Shown here one piece after another: positions 17,195 to 25,199 of a stretch of 64,000 nucleotides of DNA. Origin of the DNA: Endomicrobiales bacterium. Lineage in GTDB: Bacteria > Elusimicrobiota > Endomicrobiia > Endomicrobiales > JALOBY01. Position 1 is the first letter of the stretch. Every line of letters starts with the position of its first letter. The stretch lies in NCBI GenBank assembly GCA_963796955.1, contig CAWCNJ010000003.1, positions 76,037 through 140,036 of the forward strand, given 5' to 3'. Under the pieces are notes generated by a model that did not search any database, was not told the DNA's origin, and saw nothing but the letters and a program-made list of their open reading frames with translations. A program made the position numbers and the translations under genes.

Positions 17195-20100
17195 AACAAG
17201 GCAATAAATATCTCCATATAGCCATAACAGTCGCCCTCTTCCACCTTGCATGCGGAGTCGGGTTTGGTGCTACTATCAGCGGGCATGACTACCAGGGTGG
17301 GGCGCTCGTTCCCAATAATGGTGATGTTCTCAACGGTGTTTTTTATAATATTGGTGAATTTCGCGTTGATTCAGGCGTAACTGTATATATTGCTGTTAAT
17401 ACAAAACTGGAGCTCTACGCTTCAACTGTAACAATTAATGGTGTCATTAACGGGGTTGGGAGCGGTAGTCCTGGAGGATTTGGAGGAAGCCCGAATAATG
17501 CAGGCAGTCCCGGGCAGGGAACTGGGTTTGGTGATGGTGGTATTGCATCGAATGGGTCAAACGGCTACGGTGGATGTGGAGCTGGTTACGGCGGTCTTGG
17601 TGGTCATGGAGGATACATGACATCAAGCGGAACTGCATACGGTTATTCCACACTTGCGACATATCCACCATCGAGTGATGATGTCGAACTTGGTTCAGGA
17701 GGCGGCGGTGGTTGCGGGAGTTATAACGGCACTTCATTTGGTGGTGATGGTGGTGCAGGTGGTGCAGGTATATTGATTGAAGGCAGCAGTGTAACCGTGA
17801 ATGGAACCATTTATGCTAGCGGAAAAAATGGATATGCTGCTAACGGTTCTGCTGAAGATTTTTTAAGTGGTGGTGGGGCAGGTTCGGGTGGTACCGTCCT
17901 CATCCGTGCATTAAATAGTTTCAATGGTTCAGGTACTATAGAAGTTAAAGGTGGAACAGGAGGTACTAGTAATCCGGGAGGTGGTGCAACGGGCGGTTGC
18001 GGCGGTGGCGGTTCTGGTGGACGAATCAAAATATTTTATAATTCGTACTTCTTCAGCGGCAGCAGTACGGTTGCAAATGGCACAAGCAGTGGCACGGGAT
18101 TGCGCAAAGGCGGCGATGGAGCTATCGGGACCGTATTTTCAACGCAAATATCATCGCCTGTGATTTCTGCCAGCAATTCTGCAATATATCAAACCTCGAT
18201 CACCTGGTCTTGGTCCATGGCAATGGGAAGCTGGGGTGGCGCAACAGATAATACCCACTACAAGTTTCGTATATATTCTTCTTCGATTACCCCTTCAACT
18301 TATAATCAATACCAATATATCGCTGAAGTTTCTTCGTCAACCTTCCAATATACTGAAGCTGGATTGCTGCCTAATACCACTTATTCTCGTTACATTGTAA
18401 GTTATACGGATTGGGGTAATTCACTCGCATTGCGCACCACCGACACCTGTACGGGAATAGAGATTCCATCTAATATCTCATTTAATACATATGCTAGTTC
18501 GATCACAGCCAGTATCGTTGCGCCTAACAATATCGCAGCAGGTCTATCAGGCGTTCGTATCAGCTCATCTTCGCCGATCACATCAAGCTATGTGCAATAT
18601 GTTTCAACGACCATTGCAGGATTAACTCCCAACACCACGTACCCATTCTACGTTCAAACTCGTAATGCTGTGGGGATAGAAAATGCCATGGTCGGGCCAT
18701 TTAATAAATGTACCCTCGCTTTGCCTGCGGACACTACGTCGTATTCGGAAGTTCATGTAAGTTCTTTAACTGTTTCGTTTGGTCATAGTACCAATCAGGA
18801 CGGAACTCATTATCAGGTCGATCTTGATACGAACTCGGTGTTCGATGTATCGGATACCATTATTTCCAGCAATACGGTCGGCGGTTCGGCATTATTTACC
18901 GGGCTTGCCGGAAATACCACTTATTATGCCAGAGTCTGCTCGCTCAGTTTTGACGGGGATCAGAGCGTTTTTGTACCGCTTGGGCCTACGGTGACCGGTG
19001 CTAACCTACCTACGTTCAGTGCCTTTACGGCTGTTTCTACCGGGGTAATTACTCTGACGACAGATATTCACGCTAATGCTCCTGATACCTTATATACCTT
19101 GGTTAGTTCAACGAACGCGACATATTCTCCCGCTACCTCAACAATTACGGCAAATCAATCGCAATTTAGCTTTTCTTCCCTGATACCCAACACTTCATAC
19201 TACTTCAGGGCGATGCTTACGGATCGGCGAGGGAACAATTCATCGTGGATCAGCTCCTTTGCCTCTACGGTAACTCTTGCCGCAGCTCCTGTCCGGCAAT
19301 ATTGCTATACAGTATCAACCGGCTCAATTGACTATCGTTTTGCAACGAACGGAAATCCGGGTGACACTGAATATCGCGTTACAGTCAATACCCAAACCGT
19401 GACAGCCGTGGGAGCGCTTGCTGATATTGAAACCTGGATTGCTTTGCCGGGGGGCGCGCTCTCTCTTCACGACTTAATTCCAAACACCCGCTACACTATA
19501 CAAACCCTGGCGCGTAACCGTGCTGGAGTGCAAACGGACGTAACGGTAAGCACCTCGGCGTGCACGTATGCTATCGCTCCTTCAACTGCCTCACTTGATG
19601 TTACCAATAACGGTATCTACTTAAGCTGGCAGGCTCCGGGAAATCCTGTAGGAACGCTCTATGATGTTCGCTATTCAAGCGTCAGCGCCGTCGATACATC
19701 GCCTAAAGACAGTGGGTTGGTTACCAGCACTATCTATCCCCTGCAGGGGCCTTTTACCCCTAACGTTACTTATTATTTCAGCGTAATGGCCAAGAACCAG
19801 GACGGCATTCTTACATCATCTATAACCATTTTTACCTCGACGCTGCCGGGTGTGCCGGCGGCGCCGGATTCTTTTAATACGGTGTTCGTAACATCAATGA
19901 CCATCACGAACGGTGGCGATTTCAATACTCCCGACACTCTGTACTTCTTCGAACAGCAGGCAGGTATTGGCTGGAACGCGGTGAGCGATTGGGTGCCGAA
20001 GAACACCGTGGTAAGTGTTACCGGACTGACGCCCAACACATTGAATATTTTCAGGGTTAAAACAAAGAATGCTGCGGGAATAGAGTCGATCTATAGTTCT

Positions 20101-21348
20101 CCGGCTGGCGGCTGGACTGCTCCGGCGGTCCCTACGCTCGGTTTTGCAGGCGTGTATTCGACGGTGGTTAGCCTGGCGATCGGCGCGAACAGTAATGATC
20201 CTTCAACCAGCTATGCCGTTGCTATCGCAACGAATGCCCAGTTCAATACAGCCATTTCATCTGCAGGCTTATCTGCGGGCGCGGTAACGCTCGATAACCT
20301 TTCCATGTTCACGACTTACTTTTTCCGCGTTCGCGCGTTAAGCGGGCATGCTCGTCCCGATTCGGATTGGTCAACCGCTATTTCATCTGTGACGACCGGT
20401 GTAGAGGGCGTAACCATTACCGGGCCGCAATACGCAAATGCGAATGGCATAACCTGGAACTGGACGCAGGCAAGCGCTGCCGACCTTATAAATTACAATG
20501 TACAGGTGTGGGAGAAAGATGGCACTGCTCCTTTAGTCGTCGCGAACGCGGGAACAAATGCCAGCTATGTGTTTACTGCTGTCGCTGATAAAAAGCAATA
20601 TTATTGCCGTGTGCAGGTTAACAAAACCGGCGGCAGCGTCTGGTCGATCTCCGGCTACACCCTGGTTGATGCTGGCGCGCCTGATCCGGTGAGCCAGGTA
20701 ACGACCGGCAGTGCGCAGACGTTCAGCGATCATACAGTGTTCAACTGGCCGGCGGCAACGGATAGCGAATCGCCCGTCGTTTCTTACTGGCTGCAGGTGG
20801 TTACGCCCAGAAGCGGCTCCGCTCTCGCGTCTCCTTCCAGAAGCCAGGTCGTTTCCACCGATCTGGTGACCGTCTTCGATGCGGAAGTCGGCGGTGTGCT
20901 CACAAAAGAGATCACCGGACTGGAAAGCGGAAAAGTATATTACGCACGCGTAAAGCCCAAAGACAGCGCGGGCAATTGGGGGAATTTCTCCAATTGGTCC
21001 GGCGGTGTCACCGTGTGGAGCTCCGCTGTTGCGAGCGCCAAACTGATAGAACACGCGATAGTTGCCCCCAATCCCGTTAACCCTGATGACGCTATAACAG
21101 AGCGCCGCTCAGCTTCTGTTTTGTTCTACATGCCGACAACCGCTACGGTAAAGATAAAAATATACACCCTGACCGGCCGCTTGGTGTTGGAAAAGTCTGA
21201 AGACATAGTGCCCGTAGCCAATTGCGGTACCTGGCTGTGGGACTGCAAGAACGGCGACGGCGACCGCGTTGCACCCGGCGGCTACATCCTTGTCCTAGAC
21301 GGCCACCGCGAAAAATCCGAACGCGTAAAGATCGCGGTTTGGTACTAA
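17191..21348 (+). CDS. Giant secreted surface protein: Gly-rich predicted beta-solenoid N-domain, ~10 fibronectin-III-like repeats, and a C-terminal FlgD-Ig-like/T9SS-CTD-like beta-sandwich
   Basis: There is a signal-like N-terminus. Residues ~85-310 are GGxGxG-rich (GGFGGSPNNAGSPGQGTGFGDGG.., GGGAGSGGTVLIRA.., GGGGSGGRIKIFY). An FN3 F-strand signature recurs every ~90-100 aa (LTPNTTYPFYVQTRNAVG, LAGNTTYYARV, LIPNTSYYFRA, LIPNTRYTIQTLARNRAG, FTPNVTYYFSVMAKNQDG, LTPNTLNIFRVKTKNAAG, LESGKVYYARVKPKDSAG). The C-terminus is VAPNPVNP..VKIKIYTLTGRLV..WLWDCKNGDGDRVAPGGYILVL. Confidence 0.8.
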   Translation: MKQGNKYLHIAITVALFHLACGVGFGATISGHDYQGGALVPNNGDVLNGVFYNIGEFRVDSGVTVYIAVNTKLELYASTVTINGVINGVGSGSPGGFGGSPNNAGSPGQGTGFGDGGIASNGSNGYGGCGAGYGGLGGHGGYMTSSGTAYGYSTLATYPPSSDDVELGSGGGGGCGSYNGTSFGGDGGAGGAGILIEGSSVTVNGTIYASGKNGYAANGSAEDFLSGGGAGSGGTVLIRALNSFNGSGTIEVKGGTGGTSNPGGGATGGCGGGGSGGRIKIFYNSYFFSGSSTVANGTSSGTGLRKGGDGAIGTVFSTQISSPVISASNSAIYQTSITWSWSMAMGSWGGATDNTHYKFRIYSSSITPSTYNQYQYIAEVSSSTFQYTEAGLLPNTTYSRYIVSYTDWGNSLALRTTDTCTGIEIPSNISFNTYASSITASIVAPNNIAAGLSGVRISSSSPITSSYVQYVSTTIAGLTPNTTYPFYVQTRNAVGIENAMVGPFNKCTLALPADTTSYSEVHVSSLTVSFGHSTNQDGTHYQVDLDTNSVFDVSDTIISSNTVGGSALFTGLAGNTTYYARVCSLSFDGDQSVFVPLGPTVTGANLPTFSAFTAVSTGVITLTTDIHANAPDTLYTLVSSTNATYSPATSTITANQSQFSFSSLIPNTSYYFRAMLTDRRGNNSSWISSFASTVTLAAAPVRQYCYTVSTGSIDYRFATNGNPGDTEYRVTVNTQTVTAVGALADIETWIALPGGALSLHDLIPNTRYTIQTLARNRAGVQTDVTVSTSACTYAIAPSTASLDVTNNGIYLSWQAPGNPVGTLYDVRYSSVSAVDTSPKDSGLVTSTIYPLQGPFTPNVTYYFSVMAKNQDGILTSSITIFTSTLPGVPAAPDSFNTVFVTSMTITNGGDFNTPDTLYFFEQQAGIGWNAVSDWVPKNTVVSVTGLTPNTLNIFRVKTKNAAGIESIYSSPAGGWTAPAVPTLGFAGVYSTVVSLAIGANSNDPSTSYAVAIATNAQFNTAISSAGLSAGAVTLDNLSMFTTYFFRVRALSGHARPDSDWSTAISSVTTGVEGVTITGPQYANANGITWNWTQASAADLINYNVQVWEKDGTAPLVVANAGTNASYVFTAVADKKQYYCRVQVNKTGGSVWSISGYTLVDAGAPDPVSQVTTGSAQTFSDHTVFNWPAATDSESPVVSYWLQVVTPRSGSALASPSRSQVVSTDLVTVFDAEVGGVLTKEITGLESGKVYYARVKPKDSAGNWGNFSNWSGGVTVWSSAVASAKLIEHAIVAPNPVNPDDAITERRSASVLFYMPTTATVKIKIYTLTGRLVLEKSEDIVPVANCGTWLWDCKNGDGDRVAPGGYILVLDGHREKSERVKIAVWY

Positions 21349-21363
21349 TACAGCAAGGCATTC

Positions 21364-22476
21364 ATGAAAGATAATATAGCGGTTCTCATAAACACCTATC
21401 TCAGGCCGTCTGAAGTTTTTATATACGAGCAGATAAGAGCCGTAACGAAATACAATGTTCATGTGCTCTCGCGATCAAATACCAATAACCCTGCCTTTGT
21501 CCATGAACATGTCCACTCGATATCTTCCCAAAACCGGCTTGAAGCATTGCAGTATATGCTCACCCGCAACTCAAATTATTTTAACAAGGTGGTCAAAGAA
21601 CAGGACGTAAGGCTTATCCACGCGCATTTTGGCACTGAAGGTGTCTACGGCATCCCGCTCGCACGTTGCAATTCCATCCCATTGATCACAACATTTCACG
21701 GCCACGATATAACCCGCCTTCCAAAGGCGACCGTCTGGCCAATTTCCTGGGCGCAGTATTGGCTGCATTTTAACGAACTTAAAGAACGCGGAACACTATT
21801 CCTTGCTGTCTCTGATTTTATAAGGAAGCGCCTTATCGAACATGGTTTTCATCAGGACAAAGTCATCACCCATCATTTAGGGATACCCATACCTGCATTG
21901 CCGGAAGTTGTAAAGGATCCGCTATCAATAGTAACCGCAGGCAGGCTTGTAGAGAAGAAAGGCACAGAATATTTGATCAGGGCAATGCGAATCGTCGCCG
22001 ACGCCATACCCGAAGCACGGTTGACGATTTGCGGCGACGGCCCCCTGCGCGCAAGTCTTGAACAGTTGACTGATTCACTGAACCTGACAAAAAACATACA
22101 ATTTGCCGGCTGGAAAACAAAACCTGAAGTTCTGGACATCCTTGCAAGGGCATCGGTCTTTGTACTGCCAAGCGTTACATCCCGCGATGGTGATAGTGAG
22201 GGCCTTGGCATGGTCTTCCTTGAAGCCATGGCGCTGCAAACCTCCGTTATCGGCACTAACCACGGCGGCATCTCTGATGCTATTCAAAATGAAGGTAATG
22301 GCTATCTGGTGAAAGAACGCGACCCGCAAGAAATAGCCGAGAAGATCATTTTCCTTTTAAACAATCCCTCCATAGCATCCCAAATGGGCCTTCAAGGCAG
22401 GAATAGCGTTGAATCCAATTTTGATATAACAAAGCAGATCAAAAAACTGGAAGAACTTTACGAACGTCTTAAATAA
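21364..22476 (+). CDS. GT4-family glycosyltransferase (WcaL-like)
   Basis: GT-B C-terminal motifs are present: VLPSVTSRDGDSEGLGMVFLEAMALQTSVIGTNHGGISDAIQNEGNGYLV. Confidence 0.85.
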   Translation: MKDNIAVLINTYLRPSEVFIYEQIRAVTKYNVHVLSRSNTNNPAFVHEHVHSISSQNRLEALQYMLTRNSNYFNKVVKEQDVRLIHAHFGTEGVYGIPLARCNSIPLITTFHGHDITRLPKATVWPISWAQYWLHFNELKERGTLFLAVSDFIRKRLIEHGFHQDKVITHHLGIPIPALPEVVKDPLSIVTAGRLVEKKGTEYLIRAMRIVADAIPEARLTICGDGPLRASLEQLTDSLNLTKNIQFAGWKTKPEVLDILARASVFVLPSVTSRDGDSEGLGMVFLEAMALQTSVIGTNHGGISDAIQNEGNGYLVKERDPQEIAEKIIFLLNNPSIASQMGLQGRNSVESNFDITKQIKKLEELYERLK

Positions 22477-22580
22477 ATTATCGCGGTACTGCGATGAATG
22501 AATTTCGACAAAATCAACAATAAATTTGCTATAATATTGTAGTGGTACGTCAGTGAAAATGAAATATTTGGATATGACAA

Positions 22581-23087
22581 ATGCCTAAAGAATTTCTCGT
22601 GAATCCCAACTTTCAAGAATTTCTGGAAGTGCTAAATAAACACAATGTTGAGTACTGTATATCTGGTGCATATGCGGTATCGTTTCATGCTGAGCCCAGA
22701 TACACTCATGACATTGATGTCTATGTTGCAAAAAATGTTGAAAATTCAAAAAAGGTTTCACAAGCTGTCAAGGAATTCTTTGGCACAAGCATTGATGAGA
22801 AGTATTTTGAAGGTGATAAGGTTATGGCTCGCATGGGAATCGAGCCAAATCAGATAGAATTGTCGAACCACCTTTCAGGCTTAACTGATGATGAAATAAT
22901 AAAACACAGAGTTAAAAGTAAGTATGGCGAAACGGTTACATACTATATCGGGATCAATGAGCTTATAAAGAACAAAGGACTTGTTAAAGACATGCCGCAT
23001 AGAAAACGCAAAGGGCTTCAAGATGGAAGGGACTACTTAACTTTACTTGCTGTAAAAGACCACTTAAGAAAGAAGGCTGATAGATGA
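22581..23087 (+). CDS. Small nucleotidyltransferase-fold protein (minimal NTase/AbiEii-like class)
   Basis: EFLEVLNKHNVEYCISGAYAVSFHAEPRYTHDIDVYV matches the G[GS]-x9-13-[DE]h[DE]h NTase pattern. The gene is AT-rich. Confidence 0.5.
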   Translation: MPKEFLVNPNFQEFLEVLNKHNVEYCISGAYAVSFHAEPRYTHDIDVYVAKNVENSKKVSQAVKEFFGTSIDEKYFEGDKVMARMGIEPNQIELSNHLSGLTDDEIIKHRVKSKYGETVTYYIGINELIKNKGLVKDMPHRKRKGLQDGRDYLTLLAVKDHLRKKADR

Positions 23088-23281
23088 GGAAAAATGTCAA
23101 GATTAAATTCTTTGATTCTTACGAGTCTGCGCAGGAAGATCTGGACAGGGAAACGTTTGATATGGTTCCAACTGACAGAGTGTCGACAACTGAGCATCTA
23201 CGCAGGCAGATGTTTCTGATCAAAGGGCGTACTGTCGATCTGTCAATGAAGAAAGTTATAACGTTTCATAAGATAGTGTAG
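23084..23281 (+). CDS. 65-aa hypothetical protein, translationally coupled to the NTase gene
   Basis: There is an ATGA overlap at 23084-23087. The protein is charged and non-membrane (FFDSYESAQEDLDRETFDMVPTDRVSTTEHLRRQMF). An intrinsic terminator follows. Confidence 0.45.
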   Translation: MRKNVKIKFFDSYESAQEDLDRETFDMVPTDRVSTTEHLRRQMFLIKGRTVDLSMKKVITFHKIV

Positions 23282-23293
23282 AACTGGAAAAAT

Positions 23294-23322
23294 TTGCAAT
23301 TTGCTTAAATATATAGTATAGT
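23294..23322 (+). promoter_or_regulatory. Candidate sigma70 promoter (TTGCAA-N17-TATAGT) upstream of rimP
   Basis: The -35 is at 23294-23299, the spacer is 17 nt, and the -10 is at 23317-23322. The region is AT-rich, so a chance match is possible. Confidence 0.4.
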
Positions 23323-23328
23323 CTATTT

Positions 23329-23359
23329 AAGAGTGGCCGTATGCCGCTCTTATTTTTTT
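23329..23359 (+). terminator. Rho-independent terminator / leader attenuator
   Basis: A 9-bp stem (AAGAGTGGC / GCCGCTCTT, with one G-U pair) has a 5-nt loop and is followed by ATTTTTTT (23352-23359). Confidence 0.7.
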
Positions 23360-23365
23360 ACCTGA

Positions 23366-23836
23366 ATGGGTGATAGTATGGGAATGATAGATAAATTGCA
23401 GGAACTTATAACGCCGGTATTGGCTGAGGCTAAGATGGAACTTGTAGACCTTCTGCTTACGGCTGAGCATGGGCAAAAACACGTGCGTATTTTCATTGAC
23501 AAGGAAGAGGGCGGTATAAAGCTGGATGACTGCGCGGCAATGAGCCATGCCCTTGGCGCCGCGCTGGATGAAAAAATGCCGGAACTGGGGGATTACGTAA
23601 TAGAAGTTTCTTCACCGGGTATCGACCGTGTGCTGAAGACGGAAAAAGATTTTTTGAAGTTCATAGATAAACGGATACAGGTCACGGTGTTCGCGCCCAT
23701 TAACGGCCAGAGAAATTTTACCGGCACGTTATTGAAATTCGAGAACGGCGCCATAGAGATAGATGATGTGACGGGGAAAAAAGTTACGATAGAGCTGTCA
23801 AAAATGGCCAGAGCACGGCTTGATCCTGAAATTTGA
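23366..23836 (+). CDS. rimP: Ribosome maturation factor RimP
   Basis: LITPVLAEAKMELVDLLL...VRIFIDKEEG.IKLDDCAAMSHAL...YVIEVSSPGIDRVLK. The gene sits immediately upstream of nusA. Confidence 0.9.
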   Translation: MGDSMGMIDKLQELITPVLAEAKMELVDLLLTAEHGQKHVRIFIDKEEGGIKLDDCAAMSHALGAALDEKMPELGDYVIEVSSPGIDRVLKTEKDFLKFIDKRIQVTVFAPINGQRNFTGTLLKFENGAIEIDDVTGKKVTIELSKMARARLDPEI

Positions 23837-23882
23837 GTTGTTAAAATCCCGCGATATTTTGTTATTGCCCAGGAGGATATAG

Positions 23883-25199
23883 ATGTCAGACAGAAGCGAA
23901 TTACTATTAGCATTAGAACAGATCGAGCGTGATAAGGGTATCAAAAAAGAGGATATCCTTACCGTTATAGAGAACGCACTTGTTTCAGCGTACAAGAAAC
24001 ATGTCGGCAAGAATGTTAATGTCGAGGCCAAGGTTGATCCTGAGACCGGCGAGATGTCGGCGTGCGTGGTCAAGACCGCGATGGCCGATGTTAAGAACTC
24101 CGTTCTTGAGATCTCAATGGCTGAAGCCAGGAAGATCGTTGCCGATGTCAAGGAAAATGACATCGTCCGTATTCCTCTGGATACGCAGGACTTTTCCCGC
24201 ATAGCCGCCCAGACCGCAAAACAGGTCATTATCCAAAAGATACGTGAGTCGGAAAGGGAAACCTTGTTCGACGAATACCGCACCAAGATCGGACAGATCG
24301 TTAACGGTGTCGTGTGGCGCGTCGTGAACCGTAACCTGATCGTTGACCTCGGCAAGACCGAAGCGATCGTGCCTGCCTCCGAGCAGGTGAACCGCGAACG
24401 CTATGCCCTGGGCCAGCACATGCGCGCGATAATCGTGAAGGTTGAAAAAGGCGTGAGAGGCCCCTCGGTGGTTCTTTCCCGCACGCATCCGGACCTGGTC
24501 CGCAGACTTTTTGAAGTTGAAGTACCCGAAATGTACGAAAAGATAGTCGAGATAGTGAACGTGGTGCGCGAGCCGGGACTGCGTACGAAAGTTGCCGTGC
24601 AGTCGTTCAACCCCAAGGTTGACCCTGTGGGCGCCTGCGTGGGCGTAAAGGGCGCGCGCGTGAAGCCGATCATAGACGAGCTGCGCGGCGAACGCATAGA
24701 CCTGATAGCGTTCTCTAATGACCCGGTGAAATATATTTCGAGCGCCCTGTCTCCCGCCAAGGTAATGAACGTGCGGATACTGAGCGAGGAAGAGAAAAAA
24801 GCAGAAATACTCGTCGGCGATGATATGCTTTCCCTTGCCATCGGCAAGAACGGGCATAACGTGCGCCTTGCGGCCAAACTTACCGGCTGGCATATAGACA
24901 TCAGGTCGGAATCACAGAAGAAGCAGGAAAGCGAAAAGAAGATAGCCGTCGCCGAAGACACACTGACGCACCTGAAGGGCATCGGGCCTAAAACCGCCGA
25001 CATGCTTATCAAGGCCGGTATGGGCAGCATACAAAAGCTTGCCGCGATCTCTACTGACGATCTGACCACTGTGCAGGGTATAGGCCTGAAGACCGCCGAG
25101 AAAATAATCGAAGCGGCGCAAGCATATCTTGCGGAGAACGCAAAAAATGCCTCAGTAGAGGCAGAGGGAACCAATAATGACGCAAAAGAAAACAACTAA
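23883..25199 (+). CDS. nusA: Transcription termination/antitermination factor NusA
   Basis: It has an N-terminal domain, S1, two KH domains (LAIGKNGHNVRLAAKLTGWHIDI) and a C-terminal HhH. The rimP-nusA-infB synteny is canonical. Confidence 0.95.
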   Translation: MSDRSELLLALEQIERDKGIKKEDILTVIENALVSAYKKHVGKNVNVEAKVDPETGEMSACVVKTAMADVKNSVLEISMAEARKIVADVKENDIVRIPLDTQDFSRIAAQTAKQVIIQKIRESERETLFDEYRTKIGQIVNGVVWRVVNRNLIVDLGKTEAIVPASEQVNRERYALGQHMRAIIVKVEKGVRGPSVVLSRTHPDLVRRLFEVEVPEMYEKIVEIVNVVREPGLRTKVAVQSFNPKVDPVGACVGVKGARVKPIIDELRGERIDLIAFSNDPVKYISSALSPAKVMNVRILSEEEKKAEILVGDDMLSLAIGKNGHNVRLAAKLTGWHIDIRSESQKKQESEKKIAVAEDTLTHLKGIGPKTADMLIKAGMGSIQKLAAISTDDLTTVQGIGLKTAEKIIEAAQAYLAENAKNASVEAEGTNNDAKENN

